From: the human T2T-CHM13v2.0 reference genome, Homo sapiens | Strand: one strand, 5' to 3' | Assembly (NCBI RefSeq): GCF_009914755.1 | Contig: NC_060930.1 | Length of the DNA: 64,000 nt | Notes under the pieces: model-generated | Told to the model about the DNA's origin: nothing | Seen by the model: the letters and a program-made list of their open reading frames with translations, nothing else | Databases searched by the model: none | Translations under genes and position numbers: made by a program | Part shown: positions 15,330-28,489 of the stretch, piece by piece | Layout: each line of letters opens with the position of its first letter | Numbering within the stretch: position 1 is the first letter of the stretch

Positions 15330-16050
15330 AAAGATTTTACACTTGCAGAAAATCACAGAGGATAATATTACAGATACTCCAAATACCCAGAATCCTGATT
15401 CAACATCATAATATTTTGCCACAGTTGCGTTCAATTTTTTTAAACAAGATAAAACATTACAGATAAAATCAGTATATCTCCCTCATCCAGCTCCCTTTTC
15501 TTCCCTCCCAGAGGCAAGCACTATACGGAAGTTGACAGATTTCTTGTTCACGTTTCCCTACTTTTGCTACGTAAGATGAATCCATCAAGAATACATAGCA
15601 TTGTTTTGAGTGGCGTCATACCATACAGTCTGAACTAGTCTACCTGGTTTCCCATTCCAGGTCTGTCACTTATTAGATGACCTGGGGCAAATTATATAAC
15701 CTCTCTGCACTTCAGTGCTGTCATTTGTAAAATGGTGATAATCATACCTTACTTCACAGAGTTTTTGTGATGATTAAATGAGATAAAATGGAGATGCTGC
15801 TTAACACCATGCCTGGTGCATAGAAAGAACTATGTGTTTGCTCTGACGATGATGTTGGCGATAATGATAATTTCAATTTACACAGATGTCATCATAGCAT
15901 AATATTCTTTTACAAGTTGCTCTTATGAGATTTATCTGTAGAGCTTCGGTAGATCTAATTCTTTTATTTAATTATCCTTGGTGCACTATTATTTCAATAA
16001 GCCAGGCTTTATACACTCCATTCTGCTATTGATTCCCTATGTTGTTTCTG
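15330..16050 (-). mobile_element. Old L1M(E) 3' fragment surrounding a MIR
   Basis: AATATTTTGCCACAGTTGC and CCCAGAGGCAAGCACTAT resemble antisense L1ME 3' ends. Confidence 0.5.
15625..15860 (+). mobile_element. MIR SINE
   Basis: GACCTGGGGCAAATTATATAACCTCTCTGCACTTCAG...TGTAAAATGGTGATAAT...TGCCTGGTGCATAG. Confidence 0.85.
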
Positions 16051-16069
16051 AATTTTAGCTATTAAAAAA

Positions 16070-16567
16070 AAAAGACACATGAACACATATGTTTATTGCA
16101 GCACTATTTACAATAGCAAAAACTTGGAACCAACCCAAATGCCCATCAATGACAGACTGGATAAAGAAAATGTGGCACATGTACACCATGGAATACCATG
16201 CAGCCATAAAAAAGAATGAGTTCATGTCCTTTGGAGGGACATGGATGAAGCTGGAAACCATCATCCTCAGCAAACTAACACAAGAACAGAAAACCAAACA
16301 CTGCACGTTCTCACTTATAAGTAGGAGTTGAACAATGAGAACGTGTGGACACAGGGAGGGCAACATCACACACCAGGGCCCGTCGGGGAGCAGCGGGCAA
16401 GGGGAGGGAGAGCATTAGGACAAATACCTAATGCATGTGGGGCTTAAAACCTAGATGATGGATTGATAGGTTCAGCAAACCACCATGGCACATGTATACT
16501 TATTAACAAACCTGCATGTTCTGCACATGTATCCCAGAACTTCAAGTAAAAGAAAAAAAGAAAAAAA
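16070..16567 (+). mobile_element. L1PA 5'-truncated (ORF2 C-terminus, 3'UTR, A tail)
   Basis: Translates to the L1 ORF2p C-terminus MFIAALFTIAKTWNQPKCP...FSLIS, followed by the L1PA 3'UTR. Confidence 0.95.
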
Positions 16568-16614
16568 GACCTGGAAAGTTTTCATCAGGCAAGAAAAAAA
16601 AACAAAAAAACCTT

Positions 16615-17130
16615 CAATGGCTATCTTTGTGCATGTTTTTATTGTTTTTACCCTCACACTTGAAAAATGATTTAGCTGGGTATAGAATTCTTGACTCCAA
16701 GTTATTTTCTTTCATAACTTTAAAGTGAACCTGATTCCTGTTTTTTGTAGGTTTATATGTTTCTTTCTTGAAGCTTTCAGGATTTTCTTTGAAATTTTGC
16801 CACAGCATATCTGGTAAGAGGTCATATTGAAAAAAAAAAAGTTATTTACCCTATTTATCATTCTATACATGCTTTCAGACTGAGAACTAATGTTTTCCTT
16901 CAAAATTGAGAAAAAAAATTCAATTATTTTCTGAAATATTGACTCTCCTTTAATCTTTTTATTCAGTTAATTTAGAAATTCTGTGAAAAGGATTTTGTTA
17001 TTTCTGGATAAATTATTTATCCCAATATTTATTTCATATTTTGTATCTTTATCCCTTCCTGTGATATTCAGAATACATTTTTATTCAAGTTTAATACCCA
17101 CTACTTTGTGATTTGGTTATGTTCATTATG
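16615..17130 (-). mobile_element. Old L1/HAL1 ORF1 fragment
   Basis: FKVMKENNLESRILYPAKSFFKCEGK resembles the L1 ORF1p C-terminal domain. Confidence 0.75.
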
Positions 17131-17186
17131 ATTTTCTTATGTTTTATTTTTAATTTAGGCAAAATTTATGTAGAATAAAATGTGTA

Positions 17187-17490
17187 GGCCGGGTGCAGTG
17201 GCTCACGCCTGTAATCCCAACACTTTGGGAGGCCGAGGCGGCGGGTGGATTGCCTGAGCTCAGGAGTTTGAGACAAGCCTGGGCAACACAGTGAAACAAT
17301 GTCTCTACTAAAAATACAAAAAATTAGCAGGGCGTGGTGCCGTGTGCCTGTAATCCCAGCTACTTGGGAGGCTGAGACAGGAGAATCACTTCAACCTGAG
17401 AGGTGGAGGTTGCAGTGAGCCGAGATCACGCCACTGCACTCCAGCCTGTGTGACAGGGTGAAACTCTTGTCTTAGAAAAAAAAAAAAAAA
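17187..17490 (+). mobile_element. AluS
   Basis: Dimeric Alu with poly-A. Confidence 0.96.
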
Positions 17491-17563
17491 GTACAACTAT
17501 TAAGTGTAAATCCAATGACTTTTGACAGGTATAAACAACACCCCAATCAAAAGTTACATTTTC

Positions 17564-17836
17564 GGCCGGGCGCGGTGGCTCATGCCTGTAATCCCAGCAC
17601 TTTGGGAGGCTGAGGTGGGCAGATCACTTGAGGTCAGGAGTTCAAGACTAGCCTGGCCAACTTGGCGAAACCCGTCTCTACTAAAAGTACAAAAATTAAC
17701 CCGACATGGTGGCGGGCACCTGTAATCCCAGCTACTCGGGAGGCTGAGGCAGGAGAATCACTTGAACCCAGGAGGCGGAGGTTGCAGTGAGCTGCGCTAA
17801 GATCGGGTGACTTCATTCCAGCCGGGGTGACAGAGT
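17564..17836 (+). mobile_element. AluS lacking its 3' end and A tail
   Basis: Alu ends at GACAGAGT and joins non-Alu sequence. Confidence 0.95.
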
Positions 17837-18500
17837 CCTAGGGTCTGGCCCTGACTCTAGAACACGGGGCTTACTCATAAGGTGGGGCTTTTCTAGGGTC
17901 TCAATCTAATGTTTTATGTTTTTAGCAAGGGTTCTCCACTCTGGATGGGCCATAATCCCAATGCCTCCAAACTCTGCATGATCTCTAATATCTCTGTCCA
18001 GCTCTCAGCCTCCCAGCAGTAGGCTTCACAGAATCAGGCCCTGTACATGTGCTTCCCAGTTCTTGGCCCAGGATCTGAGGGCAGTCTCCACGAAGATTTC
18101 TTAGGGCCCAGCTCTGCAAAGCTCCCCGCCTTTCTGGTGCCATGCCTCCACCAATTCCAGCTGCTTCCAAAATACTTTTCAAATAATAGGTGATAATATT
18201 GGGCAGCTCCATCTTGTTTCTGATTTTAATAGGAATTCCTTTAGTATTTCAATTTGTTGGTTTCTGATGAATACTTTATCTTGTTTAGAAATTTCCTTCT
18301 ATTCTTTTACTTAGAGATTTTACCACAAATACTTACCAAATTATATTAATTGCTCTTTTGTCATATTTGGTATAATCCTGTATTTTCTTCTTAATTTATT
18401 AATGGAATACATTATGTTGATAAACTTCCAAATGAACAGTGATTCTTCAATTCCTATAATAAATCCTTATTTTATATACCATTAGATATGGTTTAAAATT
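17837..18500 (-). mobile_element. Old L1M fragments (5' region and ORF2)
   Basis: CATCTTGTTTCTGATTTTAATAGGAA and TTTAGAAATTTCCTTCTATTC resemble antisense L1M. Confidence 0.55.
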
Positions 18501-18681
18501 TTTCAGGTCCTTAACATTTACATTACTAAAACAGAATGATAATATAATATAAGGGCCTTTTTTTAAGAAAAGAAGGAAAAATATTTAAACTAAGCCTACA
18601 AAGACACGTTGATTAATCATTGTGAAAATAAGTTAATTCTGCCTTTGTCTACTTGTATCTCTGAGACCATTGCAATATTAA

Positions 18682-18799
18682 CCCATTTATGCCAGAGGTT
18701 GCAAATTTTTTTGTGAAAAATCAGACCTTGGGGATGACCTTATGCAGCAGGATGTAAATAACTCCCACAAGCTTAGCGTTCCAATAATGTAGTACTAGG
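18682..18799 (-). mobile_element. MER85 (piggyBac PGBD3-family MITE), one TIR truncated
   Basis: TTAA TSDs at 18678-18681 and 18800-18803; CCCATTTATGCC TIR; internal CTCCCACAAGCTTAGCGTTCCAATAATG. Confidence 0.93.
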
Positions 18800-18819
18800 T
18801 TAAAGACTAAGTTGATACT

Positions 18820-19030
18820 GTGAAGAGTGCAAAGAACTTGGAATCCTAGCTATGCCACTTATGAACCAATGATCTTGTTTAAGTCACTTAATTTCTCTGA
18901 GATTCAGTTACCATCTCTCTGTAAAATGGGCGTGAACATCACTCATAACCTGCAAGGTAAATGCGAGCGTCAAACGTGGTGATGAGTGTTTTGTAAATGG
19001 TAGGTTACTGGCCAATGTTAGTGGCTATTC
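18820..19030 (+). mobile_element. MIR SINE
   Basis: AAGTCACTTAATTTCTCTGAGATTCAG...TGTAAAATGGG. Confidence 0.75.
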
Positions 19031-21034
19031 TTTATTACAAGTGGTCCCCAAGGACTACACAGCTGACATGGGACGTTCCCTGTTTAGAAATGGGCTGTGG
19101 GAAGATTCTCTTCTGATCCTTGTCACTCCTACCACTGGATTCACTTGTCCTGGCTGCTGGGGAGTGATCCCTGAGGGTCCCATTTTTGTTTGGAGAGCCG
19201 TGAAAGGGAAGAAGTAATCCACTCTCATTTCCAAGAAGAGAGGGAAAGAAAGGAAAAGGGAAGCAAAAAATTATCTGCTCCTGAGTGGGAAAGGAGGACA
19301 GAAATGTAAAGGAAAGTCACAGCTAGAGACAGAGACTGCAGCAAAGGCAGAGTTTATACCTTCCTAGGTATATTCTTGCTAGGAAGATGTTATTGTTTTT
19401 CCTAAAGAAACAATGGGAAATGTTATTAATACTCCAATTCAACTGCCTTAAAACTTGCAGAAATTTTCACAGGCAGGCCTGGAAATGAATGCATTTTGGA
19501 TTAGAAAAAATTTACAGAAGATTTTGTAACAAAACTCACCTCTCTGTTTCTACCTAGATCCTTTAAATACATCTCACCAGCTAAGGTTTGAAATGCCTAG
19601 ACCTATGACGGTAACACTTATTAAGGGTTCTATGTGGGAAGGGAGCTGAAGAATGGCCATCAAACCCCAGGAGACACAGCTGAGGAAAGCAGCTATCTCC
19701 TTTCAGAAAGCCATGCAAATGCTTCAGAATGGTCTTTGACGAGCAGTCACCAAAGCATCCAGTTGAGTGTTAGAGACTCAGGGCTGCTCAGATATTAGGC
19801 AATAAGAACAATGGAGAGTTCCAGGCAATTTCAGAGTTGAAAGTGTCTTAAAGAAAATCCAAGGAAGCTTATTCTTGGCTAGGTGGCCCAAGATTTATAG
19901 GTACCCAGACATAGTAATTCAACAAATGTACACATATTCCCCTCAGCCTGAGGCTCTGAGCAATACAACTACTAAGGATAATGTTAGGAATGAAGCACAT
20001 TCACTTGGACTAATTTAACTTATGTTTCAGATAGTGGGTCAGCAAAGTTCCCAGAAAAGTTCAACTTTTCTTCTCATTTGTCTTTCATCTGAATTTAAAT
20101 CCTTAGTTTCCCTAGGCGTTTCAGTATTCTGGGAGATCTGATTTCCCTAAAATAGAGGCAAAGAAAGACCCTCTGCATTTATAACAAGAGCAGAGCATGT
20201 TTAATGGTTCAGTTCGAAAACACTCAAGACAGCTATAGGAGAAGTTGGGGTGATAGGCAGCTATGTGTTGGCAGCATGATACACTTAGGACACGTTCTAC
20301 TTTTTATTTGTAATGTTATATGTTTCATTGGTAGCCTGGTTTGTTGTTTTTCAGGAGAATCACTGCAAAGATAAACATATGCTTTAATGTTGCTATTCTT
20401 TTCGCGTTTACAATCCAGGGAATAGGCCTGTCTGCTTTTCCATTTGTCTCCCTTGGGAGACACAAAATTGATTTATGAAGTTGGATTCGCTTGGGTTGAT
20501 GCAAAGAGGTCAGATACTATTCAAAAATAGTGATGGAAAAAGGATTTAAACAAGAAAACAAGATGGCAGGAGAAAAAAATAAGGGAGAAATGAAAATGCT
20601 GATTAATGTTAATGATGCCGCTTTAACTGAGACTTTCAAAGGCTGCAAAACACTGAGAAATCAAATTAATGACCTGGAAAATAAACTCAGATTAAGAAAT
20701 ATCAGGTTGGAGGATAGTCTTGATGGGGTGGAAGTAAGAGAAACAGTGACCTTTTTTCCCCCAACATACAATGTTGCAAAACTGTTTTGGATGAATAATT
20801 TTTAATTCCTTCCACAAGCCATATCTTCATTTCCCCACAACTTGATGCAGGAACAGCAATTCTTATTTTGTGTGTGGGATAAGAAATTCTTGCAGGGAAA
20901 AGGCAAATATAATATCTTAATTTCCTCTGGTTCTGATGGTTTTTTGTTTCTGTGGAGAAGCTGACCAAGCCACCCACTTTGATTGTTTTCTAGAATGTAG
21001 GGCTTCAAACAAAGTTATTAAGAGTCTAAAGATT

Positions 21035-21323
<289 letters not shown>

Positions 21324-21564
21324 AGAATCTAAAGATTATGAGACAAATACTCATCTGGTTGGCTGCAATTATCATATTTAAAACATAAAGTCCCTTGGAC
21401 TGTTAATAAGTATTTTTCTAGACTGTGCTGAATCAAAGTAATTTTTGAATAGTAAAGAGGAAAGTGTTTGAGAAAGGAAGTGAGACTAAAAAACATTTTC
21501 TTTCTCCCTGATCCTACCTGGAAATTTCCAGGATCTGTTCTGTAGTCACAGCCAGTGGTCTACC

Positions 21565-21805
21565 CTAATAATAGATAACAGCAATTGAGCATTTACCCTA
21601 TGCCAGACACTGTTCTAAGTATAAATTCAGTTAGTCTTCAATATAATTGAAAGAGGTAGATATTATTATTGCCTCCATTTTAAAGAGGAGAAAAGTGTGC
21701 TGCAGCAGGGTTAAGTCATTGCCCGAGGTCACAGAGCTATTACAAGAGAGGCAGGATTCATATCCGAGCTATTCTGGCTCCAGAATCCACACTTTCAACC
21801 ACAAT
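21565..21805 (-). mobile_element. MIR SINE
   Basis: GGTTAAGTCATTGCCCGAGGTCACAGAGCTA...TCTGGCTCCAGAATCC. Confidence 0.88.
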
Positions 21806-22116
21806 ACTGTGGTTCTGTGTTATATAAAGACACTGAGATTTAAAAAAGAATCTATTTCTGGCCATTTTTGAAAAAATATATTTATTGAACCCAAGAATAG
21901 TTATTTTAGCAATAGGAAGTCTCTTTTTTGTTACCCATTCATTTCATAAAATGAGTTTAAACACAAAACAGGCCAGAGTCTTTACACTGCCAAAAAAAAA
22001 ACAGTACAATAAGGTGTGGAGAGAGAGGGAGAAGCCCATGTTTAGGAAGGACTTTGTATTACCTCCCTGGCTTGAATAGAACTGACTCTGATATATTCCT
22101 TTTTAAAAAATATAAA

Positions 22117-22346
<230 letters not shown>

Positions 22347-22940
22347 TTGTATATATATACACAAAATGAAAATAACTGACTTTAAAAATCAATGTTAATG
22401 CATTTCTTTTGACATAATGGCTGGTTTAAATTACTCAGGAATAGTGATTAATGCAACAAATGTTTTAACTAAGAGCATGGAAGAAAGGATATCTTCTGAA
22501 CCATGTAAGTCAGAAGATGTGAGAAGCTCCTGAGTTACCAGGGACAGTAACATTCTTAGAAGAGAAGAATGGCTGGCGAATCCACCCATCAGAGCAACAG
22601 GAAGTGCGGTATCTCTTGACACGATGGGCATCTCAGCACCACAGGGTTAGAAACAGAATGTGTCTCTGCCACCCAAAGAATAATTAAAGCAGCCTCTCAA
22701 AATGGTGAAAGTGGCTATAAACCAGCCAATGTTCCTTGAAGAGTGGAGGGTGCAGTGTTCAGCAAAATAGGGCAAAGTAGAAGGGATTAGCCCCCAAAAT
22801 ATAGCAGAGTATTGTACAGAATCAGGAACTCAGAAAAGAGACAAAAGGACAGCCACTTCTTGTCCCAGCTACTTTTACACCTAACACTTTTTTCTTCCTG
22901 CTTCTTAAGGTACAATGTTGGCCACAAAAGTGGAAGAAAT

Positions 22941-23230
<290 letters not shown>

Positions 23231-24191
23231 GATGGAAAAAAGCGTCCATGTGATTTGAGAGCTCTGGTGAGGGGAAAGTCACCTCAAGTAACAGGCATAA
23301 GAATTCAGAAAAATAAAAATAAAAAACCATGGCATTCCATAAGAACAGTAATAGCTGTACATCTCGGACGTCATCGCTTAGAGTCAAAAGAAGACGTTAG
23401 TTTAGACTTATACTTCCCACACTGATATTAAGCAAAATTAATTTTTTATAGTTTTTTAATAATTTTCTGGCTGTGTGAAAGAAAATTCCTCAAAATTTTG
23501 CATGAGGAGAGGTGGTTAAAATAACTTCAGGAGTTACCTCTTTTGCAAGGAGACAGTGCCCTTGCAATTTTATTAATTATTTATTATAATATGAGTTAAA
23601 ACCACGTTTGATGAAAAATGCAGCCATAACAGTGATTATTCCGGTAGATAAAGAAACCAGATTTTGTGCTTGGAGACACAGGCAAAGTAGGTATAAAAAT
23701 CTCCTGGCAGATATTTCTGTTTGTGAAATGCGGACAACACTTCTACAGATTTGCAGTAGTGGCGGTTAATGAGATGGAGGCGTTTACCATTCATTCTGCA
23801 CCTACACGATGCCAGGCTTGACAGCCTGTGAGTAGATTTCAGACCCATAGGTGCTGCCGTGTGCAAGGCGTTACTCTCAGTTGTGATTTTTAAAATTATG
23901 GATTTATGTTGAGCAGTTTTTATTGCAGACTGCACATGAAGCCTCCTAGAGGCATTTTACTTCATGCTTTATGTTGTGGTAGAAATTACCGTCAACATTA
24001 TGCAAATCCAAAGAACGATGGAGGTTTGGTTAGGATTCATGTGAGACATGAGATTTCACATTTCTAATTTGGTCAATGAAATACGAATTTACAACTGGGT
24101 TGAAGAATTTTAATTCTACTAAAGATTGATATTCTTGTACGGTATATTCTGTATATATTTTCCAAAGCCACACACCTTATCACTTTATCAT

Positions 24192-25015
24192 GAAATTAAT
24201 CAGGGGTCATCAGAGAAACAGACCAATGGGGCATACACAGAGAGAGAAAGAGAGAGAGAGAAGAGAGAAGATTTATTATGAGGAGTTGGCTCACATGATT
24301 ATGGAAGGTAAAAAGTCCCATGGCTTGTGGTTTGCAAACTGGAGACCAAGGGAAGCAGTGGTGTAATTCCGGTCCAAGTCTAAAGACCTGGGAACCAGTG
24401 GAACCTAATGTGTGAACCGTAGTCCAAGGGCAAGAGAAGGCCGATCTCCCAGCTCAGGCAGACAGCAAGTAAGAAGGGAATGAATCCAACCTTCCTGCAC
24501 TTGTTGTTCTTTTTTTTTCTTTTCTTTTCTTTTTTTTTTTTGAGACAGTCTTGCTGTGCTGCCCAGGCTGGAGTACAGCGGCGAGATCTCGGCTCACTAA
24601 AATCTCCACCTCCTGGGTTCAAGCAATTCTCCTGCCTCAGCCTCCTGAGTGGCTGGGATTACAGGCGTGTGCCACCACGCCTGACTAATTTTTGTATTTT
24701 TAGTAGTGAAGGGGTTTCACCATGTTGGCCAGGCTGGTCTCAAACTCCTGACCTCAAGTGACCCGCCCACCTTGACCTCCTAAAGTGCTGGGATTACAGG
24801 CATGAGCCACCACACCCAGCTGACCTCCACTTGTTCTCTTCAAGCCTTCAATGGGTTGGATGATGCCAGCCCACACAGGGGAGGGCCATCTACTTTCCTG
24901 AGTCTGCTGATTCAAATGCTGACCACCTCAGTAAATATCCTCACAGAGACACCCAGAAATAATATTTAATGTGGGCACTCCATGGTCAAGTCAACACATA
25001 AAATTAACCATCACA
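24192..25015 (-). mobile_element. MLT2 (ERVL) LTR interrupted by an Alu
   Basis: GATTTATTATGAGGAGTTGGCTCACATGATTATGG...CACATAAAATTAACCATCACA. Confidence 0.88.
24510..24821 (-). mobile_element. AluS
   Basis: Antisense Alu within MLT2. Confidence 0.96.
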
Positions 25016-25324
25016 ACACCCCTTCATTAAAAGTTAGAAGAACAGAAATCTTTATAAATATCTCATAAAGAGCCAAGTACCTTGACCGATTCCACAGGTA
25101 GTGAGAGGTGGAAGCCAAGTTACAGACCCAAAGAACTCTGATCTCAAAGCCACTGCTGTTTGCACAATATCACAATTTAAAGGTTAGCTAATTTAATGTT
25201 TTGCCTTTTTTACTTGATATTGTCCCAAAGCACACTAGATGCTGAACTTTCTTCAGGGGATGTATACTATTTTATCAAATACCTCAGCCAACAGTGTTTT
25301 TAAACATTAAAAAATACATATCTT

Positions 25325-25654
<330 letters not shown>

Positions 25655-27327
25655 TCAGTGTTGAGGGTGAAGATCAGGGATGCTGGGATGTTTGTCCTGT
25701 GGCTTCTGGACTTTGTTGGAAGCACAGATTGCTGCTCTGCCCCCGGCTTTCCTCGAGCCTGGTTGGGGTTTTGCATAGTTAATGGGAGGGGGGGATGACC
25801 ACTGCTTTCTTTAGTTCTAGAGAGTCAGAGAACAGTTTAGTTACATTTTAATTGGAAGGGAGATAGAATTCCTGGGAGGAATACTTAAGTAACAAGATAA
25901 GAGAAAGAGATGGAAATTTATTTCCCGGAGATCACTGAGGAAAGAAAGAATAATATCGAATCCAGCCAGCATGTTTCAAATGTGTCTTTGCACTAAGATG
26001 GGTATACGTGGTGTATACTGGCTGTTTCTAAGCTTTAGATCTGTAGGGAATGAAAAAAAGTGAAATGACCTCTCTTCCCCCACAAAAGAGTAATTCAACA
26101 TAATATGCTTCAAAGCAGGGTTGAATAATACTAGCACCCAGGTTATTCGGAGACACAGATTTTATAATTACAGGATTGGAAATCTTCAGTTTTTCCCTAA
26201 ATGTCCACTCCACCTCCTCTGAGACCTTCCTTTACTGGTGCTCTGTTCTTTCCCAGGAAGCAGATCGGCTGTTTTATTTTTCAAATGCTGTGTTTTCTGT
26301 ACTCCCTAATTTCTTTCTAGGAATCCATTCCACACCCCAGCAAAGATACAAATGTTCCTTGTCATGCACACGCCTCACATATAGATTTATGCCACAGTCA
26401 CTGAAACATCAGATTCACTGAACAGTTTTTAAATTAATTTCAAATTCAGTCTCAACCTCTCTGGCAAAGCGAGACCTGCAACATGGATCATGTGTCTTGA
26501 GTAGCCCCCACCTCCCTGCCCAGCAATAAGATCTATTTTCACTGCAGAAGCACATGCATTGCCCCATGCTGACAGTCACTTGTTTTAGCATTGGCTAATC
26601 ACCAATATGTTCTGTTAAGTGAGATTCATAGATGCTGATTGCATTTATTGCATAAATTACTTCATTATTAAAATCAGGTCATTTGAGCCCCCAAACCATT
26701 AACATGAAGACTATTAACATAATTTCATAAGCTAATAAATCAAGCACAGGAAAAGAATTAAAGGGTTCTTAGTGATAAGTGTTTCTTCAGAGATTAAGGA
26801 ACACAATTTTCTTATGCATATATTAACATTTTATGAGTGGATTCATGCAAGAGCAGTTTTTTCTCTCTGCATACATGACTCACTTCATCTTCTCCACACT
26901 TGGCCTCTGAAGCTGGTTTTCAAAATTAAGAGTTTTTTTTCCCTTTCAAATAACTGTAATGCAATTTTTGATTGAACTCATTAGCTTTCTGTGATATGCA
27001 CTACCTATGAAATTCCTATCATTTCGCATTTCTTAGGCTGCAAAAGCTTTAGGGTGAGGAGAGGAGGGAAGGTAAAGTTGGAAGAAAGAATACCTTAGAT
27101 TTGTTTTAGATAGTGCAATTTTCATTCTAGGTGAATTTCAAATGTATTCCTACTCTTAAGAGGTTCTGGTGAAGTTCTAATTATCTCTCTAATTACAACA
27201 CATACTGAGGTTAAGTGTTCTTATCAAATGGTGCATTAAAAATGGGTTTTATTCCCAGGCTAGATGTAATAGGCTGTGATACTGGCCTGAACACACAGAA
27301 ATTGGTTCCCTCGTTCATTTCACTTAC

Positions 27328-27384
27328 CAGATTGTGAAAGATTCTGGAGGTCGGAGCCATCATTATCCAGTGCAATGATGTTGC
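27328..27384 (-). other. Candidate 57-nt internal exon (gene unidentified)
   Basis: Minus strand: CTAAT branch site about 30 nt upstream, cttatcgtcgtttctag acceptor, CTG/gtaagtg donor; length 3n; two open frames (ATSLHWIMMAPTSRIFHNL or xNIIALDNDGSDLQNLSQS). Confidence 0.45.
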
Positions 27385-27659
27385 CTAGAAACGACGATAA
27401 GTTCCAATGTAAATTAGACTATAACAACTTTATCCTTTGTGCAATTTGTGTAATGTTTTAGCAAATAGCAAATGATGAATCATAATTGAAATACGCAGAA
27501 TACCGTTAGCAGGCATCGTGTTTGATTTTATAGGTGAATTTGGGCGACAGGTGGAGCCGATGGTTCTTTCTAGGAACAAGTGTAGTGACCAAATCAAACT
27601 TTGACATTTTCTAGTGACTACGAATAGTCCCCTGAATAAAGTTCAAACTTCCCTGGACT

Positions 27660-28420
27660 CTCCATGTGTGCCTATTTAAAACCCTTCAACAGCTTCTTAT
27701 TGCTCTTAGAATTCAAAACAAAACAAAACGAAGTTTCTCAACACAGCTTCCTACCCCTGCAATGGTATAGCCTGTCCTTCGTGGTCCAGCTTCATCTCAC
27801 AGCTTTGTTCACTATGCTGTTTGCTTTCAGTTCTTTGTTAGTGCCAGTTTCCTTCCCATCGCAGGGCTTTCACATGGGCTTCTTCTCGGATTCTTTTATA
27901 TATATATATAAAACTCTTTAAGTTCTGGGATACATGTGCAGAACATGCAGGTTTGTTACATAGGTATATACGTGCCATGGTGGTTTGCTGCATGCATCAA
28001 CCCGTCATCTACATTAGGCGTTTCTCCTAATGTTATCCCTCCCCTATCCCCCTACAACCCGGCAGGCCCCAGTGTGTGATGTTCCCCTCCCTGTGTCCAT
28101 GTGTTCTATTGTTCAACTCCCACTTATGAGTGAGAACATGCGGTGTTTGGTTTTCTGTTCCTGTGTTAGTTTGCTGAGAATGATGGTTTCCAGCTTCAAC
28201 CATGTCCCTACAAAGGACATGAACTCATTCTTTTTTATGGCTGCATAGTATTCCATGGTGTATATGTGCCACATTTTCTTTATCCAGTCTATCATTCCTT
28301 CTCGGATTCTAATGCTCTTCTCCGCGCTTTGAACCCATTAGCTTCCATTTAGTCTCCAGATCTCAGCTCAAGAGCCACTTCCTCAAGGAAGCTTTCCTTG
28401 ATCTCTTTGATTAGGTCAAA
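27660..28420 (+). mobile_element. L2 fragment split by L1PA
   Basis: AAAACCCTTCAAC, CAGGGCTTTCACATG and TCTCAGCTCAAGAGCCACTTCCTCAAGGAAGC. Confidence 0.7.
27895..28296 (-). mobile_element. L1PA 5'-truncated
   Basis: ORF2p C-terminus MIDWIKKMWHIYTMEYYAAIKK; TSD CTTCTCGGATTCT. Confidence 0.95.
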
Positions 28421-28489
28421 TCTTTCTTGGCTGTGATAATACCACTTATGTATCTGCCACAGTTGGAACTGCAAATTTTTTAGTGTGGT

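Noticed and set aside
16089-16331. ORF with clear protein homology (also 28113-28295)
   Set aside because: C-terminal remnant of L1 ORF2p in 5'-truncated copies; cannot be functional
17670-17720. Alu linker variant AAAAGTACAAAAATT shared with the Alus at 38034 and 38877
   Set aside because: Too few shared sites to separate gene conversion from a subfamily trait or recurrent mutation
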